Source: Podarcis muralis
Lineage: Eukaryota
DNA: 64,000 bases
Reading direction: 5' to 3'
Assembly: GCF_964188315.1 (NCBI RefSeq)
Contig: NC_135661.1
Coordinates: 43,958,001 to 44,022,000 of the forward strand
Shown here: one piece after another, positions 15,347 to 24,611 of the stretch
Position numbering within the stretch: position 1 is the first letter of the stretch
Layout of the letters: the number at the start of each line of letters is the position of its first letter
The notes under the pieces: model-generated
The model's input: only the letters and a program-made list of their open reading frames with translations
Told to the model about the DNA's origin: nothing
The model's database searches: none
Program-made: the position numbers and the translations under genes

Positions 15347-18300
15347 TCACAAGAGCCCCAGATTCTTCATCGTCCGCCATCGGTCCTTGATCGCCACAGG
15401 AGTGCGGTTCTTAAAGGGGAATGCCTGGGAAATGGCTTTCCACCTCCCTTCCCCAAACTTCTTCACGCCTTCCTTAATCCACTGAGACTCTTCTGAAGTC
15501 CAGATCTAGAAAGAAGAGGGCATAGGCTCTCATGAGCAACCATCAAGTGCTGCAAAACTTGCCCCTTGTCCCCATGACAGAACAACAGATACCCCACCCT
15601 CTGGAGATGGTTCCATGGCTGTTGCTAACAGAGGATTGCCACTGACATGGGATGTAGCTCAGTAACTCACAGCAGGCAAATATCCAGCCCATATTTCAAG
15701 ACATTAAACCCAACTTGGTGGAACACTTAGTCCTCCTTCTGCAATATGTGGGTAATAAAAATAAAATTCAGCCACCTTACAGTGTGGTTGAAGAGGCCAT
15801 CAAAGATAGCAGATATCATGTGCTGAGATTGCCCAGGCTTCTTTGAAACACCTGGGTATCCAAGACCCTTGATTATTTAATTAATTAGGAGAGGCCCCTT
15901 AGTCCAGTGGTTGAACATGCAGAAGATCCCAGCTTCAAACCTGTGACATCTCCAGGTAGAGCCACGAAAGAGACACCGGGCCTGAAACCCTGTAGCACAG
16001 ACAATACTGAGCTAGATGGACCAGGATTCAGCATAAGGCAGCTTCCTATGTTCCCATTAATGGGGATTTCATCAGTTCTTTCATTTGGGAGAGGGGTCCT
16101 CATCAACTGGCCTCCATTTAGAGGGGTCTTGTCAAGGCAGGCCTATTTCTCCCCACTGGAGTGCTCAGCTCCAGACTGGGTGTAGGCTTGGTTACCTTCT
16201 TTTTCGAACCAAAGAGGGAAGTGTTGATGCTGCTGCTGCCTTCTTCCTTTGATTCTGAAACACAAATTCATTTACAAACTTTATGGAATGGATGGAACCA
16301 CTCGGTAAGCTGGTTATTGCTACTGGCTCAGCAGTTGGGAGGTTTTACCACTACTGCACCTCATCAGAAATCCAGGGTAGTGGTCAAATTCCACCCAGCC
16401 CTTGGCATGATGTGTAGAGTCAACTACTGATGGAACTATGTTAGGGTTGCCATAAATCCAGGGCATCCCAGACATGTCCTCTTTTGGGGGGCCAACAGGC
16501 CCAATTCAGGGGGGGTTTTACATTTTAAAGGACATGTCTGGGGTTGTAGGGAGGGGTTATTTATTCATTTATTGCTTGGCCAACTCTACACACCACTGCC
16601 GCCGCCAGCCCAAGCTGGGAAAAGAAGAATGTGGGTGCACTTCCTTCCCTGGCTCAAGCTGTCCTCTTTTATGCTCTTCAAGATCTGGCAACCCTAAACT
16701 ATGTGGCAAACAGTCATCCATGTTCACTCACAGTTGCCATCTCATTTTAGCACAGTTCACAAAATGGATCACTTTGTTTTGCAAGATGTTTACCAGGTTT
16801 TGAGAGTTTTGCCTTTAGCTAGTCTGGGCATTGCCTAAGCAAGCCTCCTGAAGGACCGCAGTTAACAGTTCTCTTTGCTTGCCATGCTGGCAATGTTTTT
16901 CCCCATATCATTGTGATGTCACTGGGTAATGCAATGTGAGAAGCCATCAAAACTGCACAGGTGCTTTAATTAGAAGAGTGCATGGAGCTACAATTGAGCA
17001 TCATGCAGAGCAAGAAGCCAGTGCTGCTGCTGTGCACTTGCGAGTAGGCAGTCCAAATATTTTACTTTTCTGATCCAAGAGCTGTGCCCCCAAATCCTTA
17101 CTGTGTAGAGGATACTAGCTGCTTCACCAGGCTCCAATTAACTTCTCAATTCTATGGAGCAGACAATGGGAACTCAAAGCTCCTGGCCTGACATTCAGAC
17201 ACTCACAGAGGAGAGCCTCAGCTGCTTGGCAGCTTTGCTATTTTGAGAGTAGCTTCGCTATATTTCTGCAATAGCATCTTTGCAGCAAAGAACCCTTGAT
17301 CATGCCGAGCACCCAAAACCAAGCAGACAGATTCAAACATTTGCTGCTTACCAAAAAGTTCATCCTCATCACTCCAGACCTCCTTTTCTTCATCCTGATT
17401 TAAACAAATTAGTCTCCTCTTTGCTAATCTGAATGGAACAGAGAAACACAAGTAAGGAAAGACCTACCCCACAAGGAGATGAGACGGGACTGAGCTGCAT
17501 CAATTAATGTCACACACAACCAGGATTATGGAGATGCTGGGTTAAGTATCAGACAAGGAGCGAGGTTAATTTGTCCCAGCAAACACACCACTGCAGAGAC
17601 CTATGGCAGCTTAAATATGAGCAAATAGCTGGTGGCAGAAACACAAACCCTTATCCTTGGTACAGACGGAAGGGGGGGGGCGAGAGAAATAACATTTTCT
17701 ACCTTCTGTCTGGCAACTGAAGCTAACATTCCAGGCATCTGACAAAGCAGAGTCCGGCACAGGTGTTTCTGCCACAATAAATCTGTTTAGCAATCTTTAA
17801 TGGGGCCAGAGACCGTATTGTCAATTCTGCTATCTTTGCAATCTGAGTAATAAAAATTAAGACAAGGTATGTGAACCAGATTCTCTTGCCAGCTGCTTCT
17901 ACTAGCTGGGGGAGAAGATGCACAGCGATGCAACCCTACCACTGCAAACCACCTTTGCCTTCCTTGGAGCTTCTGGGCTGAGGCCTAAGGCCTTCTAATG
18001 GATTCCTTGCAAAGGTGAAAGTTGCACCAAATGCCTCATGCTATGCCGGTTCCCCAGCAGACCCCACAGCAGTCATGGCCTCTTACCTGGGACATCGGGA
18101 GGTATTATCAGGCTGGGTGGGTATTTGGGGCTGTGCAGGCCGGACAACCAAAGTTGCCACAGGCCTCTTGGATGGAACTCGGGAGGAAGTTGGGGGGTTC
18201 CAGCTCTCTGACCCCATAACCAGTGTGCTTATGGACACTGAGCGTTCACTGGGGTGCGGCCTGGAGGCATCACGGTTCTTCTCCGTTTGGCACTTGGCTG

Positions 18301-21300
18301 CGTGGAAATCAGAAGCCAAACATGGCTTGGGGAAAGTCCAGTCCAACTTGTCCAGTTTTGAAAACTCTTCACCTGCATCTGGGGAATTGGAGAGGATCTT
18401 GAAAGCATCCCTCAGAGTAGAAAACCCATACGAGCCCATCCTCTTAGGCGAGCATCTGCAAAATAAAGAAACATCAGAAGGTTGCTCCACAAGTTTTGCT
18501 GATTTATGTTGCTGACCTCACCCCCAAGACCTTGCTCCCCTGGCATCAGGTGCAATTTGAGTCTGAGTGCTGAGAGCCAGAAGTTGTATGGCAAAACAGC
18601 TGCCCAGCAGGGCAAAGGGAGTCAAAACTGTAAGAGGCCATAGGCTGCTAACCTGTCAGAGTCACTGGAAACTGCTGAGACAGTGGCAACAGCAACCACA
18701 GCAGGCTCTGCAGCTCCACTGGTTTCTTCTTCTGGCTTTGAAGCTGCCTGGCACTCATCAACCACTTTGGCAAGCTCCAAAACAGCTCCCTTTGCCTCCA
18801 TCAAAGGCCTTGCAACTGTCTCACGGCCTCCCTCCAGAGACTTTGGCTGTTCTTCCACTGTATTTCTAGGCCCTGCCTCAGGCCGGGGCTCTTCCAAAGT
18901 CTCATCAGATCTTCCTACAGATTCAGGTTTATCTGCTGCCGCCACCTCTGAGGTTTCTTTCACCATTTCCTCCTTGCTGGCCATTTCCAAAGGATTGAGC
19001 CTGGTCTCTATCTGATCATCTGAATCCCTTTTTGCCATCTTAAACAGAGAATGTGAACACAGTTACTAGAGAACACTTCTCAACTTTATTTTCTTTTTTC
19101 TAGTTATATACAGCAGCCATTCCCAAGCTGGTGCCCTGAAGATGCTTTACCTACAATTCCCCTAAGCCCCAGTCAGCACAGCCTTATGATGCTGGAGCTG
19201 TTGGGAATTGATAGTCCAAAACATTGTCAGGTTACAAGCTTGATATATGTCAAATGTGACACTGGAGCCCTGTGCTGTTCTGCTGTGGGGTACTTTGCTC
19301 TTCACAAAAATATTTCCCAAACACATAACAGTTTGGCCAGGGAGGCTTATGTCTTAAGCCTCAGGTGCTGAATGTACTTTTTTGATCACAGTGTTTAGAC
19401 AGCAAGAGTTCTGCTGTGGCAATGTGGGTGATATTCAAGTGCTCCAGCAACACACAGAAATATATGAAGAAAGCAAGCTGCCTTATGCCAAGCCAGACCA
19501 ATGGTTCATATAGTTTCCTATCACCACACATTGAGTGACAGCGGCTCTCCAGGGTTTCAAGCAGGGGACATTCCCAGTCCTACCTAGAGATGCCAGGGAT
19601 TGAACTTGGGACCTTCTGCATGCAAAGTAGATGTTTGACTACTAAGCTATACTCCCACTACAACATCCCACATCTCAATCAAGCAGCACTCCACACCCTT
19701 GCTTACCTCTAAGAGAAAGGGCTCAGAGTCACTCAAGCAGCTTTCTAAATACAGAAGTATTCTCTGCTGGAAAGCTTTATAGGAGAAGTTCCAGATGGCT
19801 GGATGAGCGAAGTTTTTTTCTCGGATAATGCTCTGGAACATCGACCTCATTTTCTAAGCAAGGGGAAATGTTTTTAAGTACTTGCAAGCAAATTACAGCA
19901 CAGGGCAGAGGTAAAAGCAATTTTTGCAGTCATTAGAAGTTCAAACAAAACAAGCCAAGCCACCAGAGCAGTCTAGGCAATGTCAAAAATGCATGAAAGT
20001 AATGATGACTAGAGATGTGGACCACAATCTGTAGCAACATGGGCTGCTTGTGGATGCAATTTTTCTCATTGCGTAAGGGGGACAATAAACTCTCAAGTAT
20101 TTAAGACACTCACTGAATTGGAGAATGTGGGAAAGACAAACCATGACTCTGCTTTGCAGTGAAATGACCCTATAAGAGGCACATTTCAACAACAGCGACA
20201 TGAACTCATACCTGCTGAAAGCTCACCTGGGAACTTGGGTCCTTTGACATGTGTTTCCTCAAGATCTTGCTGGCTTGTTCATATTCTTTGTTTTTTAGAC
20301 AGGTTATAACAGCCTGGAGAAGAAAGACAAAATAATGGTTTGCAAGGAAGACTTTAAAAGGGACGCGGGTGGCGCTGTGGGTAAAAGCCTCAGCGCCTAG
20401 GGCTTGCCGATCGAAAGGTCGGCAGTTCGAATCCCCGCGGCGGGGTGCGCTCCCGTTGCTCGGTCCCAGCGCCTGCCAACCTAGCAGTTCGAAAGCACCC
20501 CGGGTGCAAGTAGATAAATAGGGACCGCTTACTAGTGGGAAGGTAAACGGCGTTCCGTGTGCTGTGCTGGCTCGCCAGATGCAGCTTGTCATGCTGGCCA
20601 CGTGACCCAGAAGTGTCTTCGGACAGCGCTGGCCCCCGGCCTCTTGAGTGAGATGGGCGCACAACCCTAGAGTCTGTCAAGACTGGCCCGTACGGGCAGG
20701 GGTACCTTTACCTTTACCTTTAAGGAAGACTTTGGGGGAATGTTCCTAATCTAAGAAGATACTGTTCGAGAGATATCCCTCTGGCAGTTTTCATTGTGTA
20801 ATATTAGACCACTTATTAAAGAATTAAAAAAAATTCAAGTAAGGCAAGTTAATTAAAAGTCTGTAGGCTAACAACATTGAAATAATGTATGCCAGTCAAG
20901 AAGCCAGCTTTTCCTGGATTGCCCCCGAAGGAAACAAGTTTTCAAAACATGCTGAGTTCCAATAAACTCAGGCACTCTGAGGAGACATTTCTCTCTCATT
21001 TCATCCCAGCATATAGGAATCTTGCCTCCTTGCTTCTATTAACTTCTGTGAACTTATTTAAAAGTCCAATTTAAGCATGGAGAAAAATAGGCAAGAGTTC
21101 ATCCTGGCATTGAATTAGCACCTTAATTAAACCCTTTCCTAAATATAGTTACAGATGGGTAGCCGTGTTGGTCTGCCATAGTCAAAACAAAAAAAATTCC
21201 TTCCAGTAGCACCTTAAAGACCAACTAAGTTAGTTCTTGGTATGAGCTTTCGTGTGCATGCACACTTCTTCAGATACACCTATCTGAAGAAGTGTGCATG

Positions 21301-22020
21301 CACACGAAAGCTCATACCAAGAACTAACTTAGTTGGTCTTTAAGGTGCTACTGGAAGGAATTTTTTTTGTTTTTCCTAAATATACTGCATTTTGAAACTT
21401 AAGACAGCTGTCCTCATACTAACTAGGCTGAGAAACAGTAATCAGTGCCTACAGAAGAGGAAATGCTAACACTTACTGCTTCCTTTATTTTTGTTCTTAT
21501 TTCTTCTATTATATCAATGTCTATGTCCAATTCATTCTTCATCTTATCCAAAAGAACAAGGGCATATTCAAGAGGTGTTAACTTGGTCTTGGTATCAATG
21601 GTCCAATCTTCTTCAATCCTAGACAGAAGCTGGATAATCCGCAGCTGAATGCCAATGCGTTTCTCTAGCACTAGGGGCCTTGCAAGCACAGCTGGAGAAG
21701 AACAAGACAGTCAAAACAGCCACTAAGCAAAATCAGATAGTTCAGCAAACCAGGTGTAACGAGGTTTGGGCCAGGGCACCAAAGCCTTGTCCCATATCTT
21801 GTATCCCTGGCCATATACAGACAGACAGCTTCATCCCAACATGCCCTTTGGCTCAGGAGTCACTTTGCATTTGCTTGTTTTTTTGTGTGTGATCTAAAAT
21901 ATCCTTTAGTATCTATATATACACAAACACACACATTTTTTTTTAGTGTCTTAATCTTTGTGGTGAGTGATCTTGCTGGAGCTCCCGTTTTGTGGGGCAG
22001 AAATGCGGTATGTACAGATT

Positions 22021-22073
<53 letters not shown>

Positions 22074-23424
22074 TTTTATTTATACCCCGCCCTCCCCAGC
22101 CAAGGCCGGGCTCAGGGCGGCTAACAAGCAATAATAAAATCAAGTTGAATGATTACAACTTAAAAACAAAATTAAAATACAACATTAAAATATTGAAACA
22201 TTAAAATATTTATAGACACACGGAAGTAATTACTGTAAGAAAATGAATGGTAAAGTACAGTAGTTGAGTTTCTTAGAACTACACTCCAAAGGTGCTAGGC
22301 CATTCCTAATGGTTGGCTTCTGGAAACCATCACACTCAACTACAGGCCACAGCCAAAACTCATTAAACTCAATCTCTTAATACACACATCAACATTCTCC
22401 AATTTGAAATAGATTTCAAGAGGGCTCTGAAGTTTTCAGGTACTTAGGAGGCTAAAGGCGGGTGGGGGGGGAATCCTAACCCTTCTCCTGACCATCTGTG
22501 ATGGGCTTTAGGAAGCATTCATTTAAGGGGGGATGTATGTATCCTAACCATCTTCCTGAGAATCACAGCTGGCTGTTTTCAGACCTTCCTTCTGGGTTCT
22601 GTGCTGTTGGTTAGTTGTACTTTGTGCATTTTCTTTAAAAATCATTATTGGATGGATTCCCCCCCCCCCAAATTGATTTTAGAACTTTGAATTTATTGTT
22701 ATTCACGCTTTTATACTGTATTTTATGCTGTTTTTTGTTGTATCACAATTGTTTTAAATTTGTTAGCCACCCTGAGCCCGGTTTTCTGAACCGGGAAGGA
22801 CGGGGTATAAATAAAAAATTATTATTATTTCCCTTAATTTCTAAAGGCAAATGACAAACGTTCCAGGGACACAGGCTGTATTATATTTTAAGTTGCTTTA
22901 GGTTCATTATTTCTTAAATGAAAACATCTAATGACTATTAAATGTAATATATAAATGTAAATAAGTAACAGTGACATAAGTGGAACCAGGGCTATTACGT
23001 GACATATTTTAATGTTTGATGTTTTAGTATGTTCTGATAGGTGCTGTGAGCCGCCCAGAGTGGCTGAGGAAACCCAGCCAGATGGGCGGGGTATAACTAA
23101 TAAAATTATTATTAGTTATTTACACTCACGTTCCTTAGCAGGAAATACCTTTACAGTTATTTAACCCAGCGAGAATGTTCCCCAAATGCCCCTTTCGTAA
23201 AACAAACTGGTCTCCCCACCGTATATGACGTCCCGCAGCTGGCGAAAGTCCTGGCTGCGGCCGGCCCGGAAAGCCTGAAGGGCCCGGTGGGCGTAGAAGA
23301 GGATGGCCCACCGGTTCACCGCCTCCTCCAAGGCCTTTTCGCGAGCCTCCGCGGCTCCTTCGGGCGACGCAGCAAGAGACTCTCCACGGCCACCGCCCGC
23401 CATCTTCCCTCTCCCGCGCGCCAT
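15347..23424 (-). CDS. TERF2: Telomeric repeat-binding factor 2 (567 aa, 9 coding exons)
   Basis: Exons 23424-23220, 21691-21477, 20313-20227, 19853-19707, 19038-18653, 18455-18087, 17428-17352, 16254-16196, 15505-15347 total 1704 nt with consistent phase. TRFH domain ([13 protein letters not shown]...LTPLE...[16 protein letters not shown]), RAP1-binding motif ([12 protein letters not shown]...FSKLD), iDDR-like [13 protein letters not shown] and telobox Myb ([51 protein letters not shown]). Confidence 0.96.
15888..16054 (+). mobile_element. Degraded tRNA-derived squamate SINE (Squam-type)
   Basis: A-box-like TAGTCCAGTGG, B-box-like CTTCAAACC and a 3' part GACAATACTGAGCTAGATGGACC...TAAGGCAGCTTCCTATGTTCC shared with other copies in the window. 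Confidence 0.6.
16442..16696. mobile_element. hAT-type MITE
   Basis: TIRs TAGGGTTGCCA / TGGCAACCCTA with a perfect 8-bp TSD AACTATGT (16434-16441 and 16697-16704). Confidence 0.9.
19475..19650 (-). mobile_element. Degraded tRNA-derived squamate SINE (Squam-type)
   Basis: Reverse strand reads ATAGCTTAGTAGTC...GGTCCCAAGTTCAATCCCTGGCATCTCTAGGTAG...TAAGGCAGCTT, matching the 15888 copy. Confidence 0.6.
20360..20721 (+). mobile_element. Full-length young Sauria SINE in a TERF2 intron (antisense to the gene)
   Basis: Near-identical to 4550-4900, with a (TTTACC)n tail. TSD AAGGAAGACTTT at 20344-20355 and 20722-20733. Confidence 0.92.
21148..21371. mobile_element. Penelope-like retroelement terminal fragment forming a perfect inverted repeat
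   Basis: 93-bp arms 21184-21276 and 21281-21373 with a 4-nt loop (CACC). TSD TTTCCTAAATATA at 21135-21147 and 21372-21384. Sequence (GTAGCCGTGTTGGTCTG...AGCACCTTAAAGACCAAC...AGCTTTCGTG...CTTCTTCAGATA) recalled as a squamate Penelope terminal repeat. Confidence 0.75.
22023..22130 (-). repeat. (AAT)17 microsatellite attached to a LINE-type 3' tail
   Basis: AAT run 22023-22073 followed by TTTATTTATACCCCGCCC...CTCAGGGCGGCTAACA. Its reverse complement recurs at ~22755-22830 and ~23045-23120, each ending in ATT repeats. Confidence 0.7.
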
Positions 23425-24611
23425 CCCGCCGGGAAGGGGGCGTTGGCGTAAGTGACGACATTTAACGGGTCCTTCCCCTGACGTAGTCGGTGGGCGGGAC
23501 AGGAGCGGGGAGCGCGGAGGGCAGCGTTGGCTCAGAGCCTGGGACCCTGTAGTCTCAGCACCGTCCCGGTCCCAGCGGGGCGATCTCTGCTCGCTCCTCT
23601 GCCTGGAGGCCCACAAAGTGCAGAGGGTGGAAAGGAAGGTTATGGGCAGCTCGCCCTTCGCCGCGGCGCTGCTTGCCCAGGGAAATCAAGGGGGCAGCCG
23701 GGCAGGTTCTAACAGACAGTGGCAGAGAAAGCGGACTTGGGGAGGATAGAGGACGGAGCACGAGGGCCGAGACCGGGACACTGTCTCTGGCAGGGGGTTT
23801 CTAGGGTGATGGTTGCTGCTGCAGCTGCGCTGCACGTGCGAAGTCACCAGAGGGAGGGATCAAGATGCCCCGACGGCTGGGGGGTGGGATCATCTGCAGC
23901 AGTTGCCAGATGCTCCCGCGTTGTCTCTTGTGCCTCTTCAGCCAATCAAAGGGAGCTGCTGTTTCTCCCTCTCTCGTTTCATGCTGGCCAACTCCAGGAA
24001 GGCGCCCTACGCCTCTGCCTCGGGCAGCCTGGGGAACAGGGGTCCCGGAGATCGGTCCTGCTTGGTTGGCTGGAGGAAGGGACTTGGAGATGATGGCGGT
24101 GGGGTAAAGCCCCACCTGCGATTTCTGGGTCGGGAGACGGGTTGTATATGGGGCTGGGGTCCATAAGGACTTTTCGGGCAGCCCATAATATTTCTTCCGT
24201 TGTTAATATCATTTTCTTTTCATATCACTCTGCGAAGTCTTAGCACCCGACACAACATTGCGAAAAAAAGATGGGCAACTATTCAAACTGGACCAAAAAG
24301 AGCGAAGCTGCATTAAAAGGGTTTTATTTTGCATGGGAAATGCGAGCGGTTTTTAAATACTATAAAACGCAACTTTTCGGTATGCACACGTCTTTCGGCT
24401 GCCCCTGAGCGCTCGATCTGCAGCCCTGCTGGGATCATTTCGGGGGGGAAGGCAGAATCTAATCGAGGCTGCCCCTAAACTCGGGAATTGAGAGACTATA
24501 AAAGAAGACGGAAGTTTTGCCTCTTGTCTGTTTATAGTGCAGCGCGCTTTGTAGCTCAGTTTCCGGCTCTCTGCCGGAAGTGGAGCCCATGTGCATCCTC
24601 CTTTTGCTGCC
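23425..24611. promoter_or_regulatory. Divergent CpG-island promoter region between TERF2 and DHODH
   Basis: The two ATGs point away from each other 1,187 bp apart. CpG-rich blocks at both ends, GC boxes, TGACGT near 23479 and CCGGAAGT (ETS/GABP) at 24574-24581. Confidence 0.7.

Noticed and set aside
21184-21373. The long palindrome and MITE subterminal repeats as CRISPR-like or prokaryotic structures
   Set aside because: No repeat-spacer periodicity. The context is a spliced vertebrate locus and TSDs identify them as transposon insertions.
15347-23424. Interstitial telomeric (TTAGGG)n array near TERF2
   Set aside because: Only isolated TTAGGG hexamers occur (e.g. 16441, part of a hAT TIR). 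There is no array.
24545-24600. tRNA-like start (GTAGCTCAGT, A-box-like) in the DHODH promoter
   Set aside because: No B-box (GTTCRA) or cloverleaf follows. It is better explained as promoter sequence with ETS motifs.
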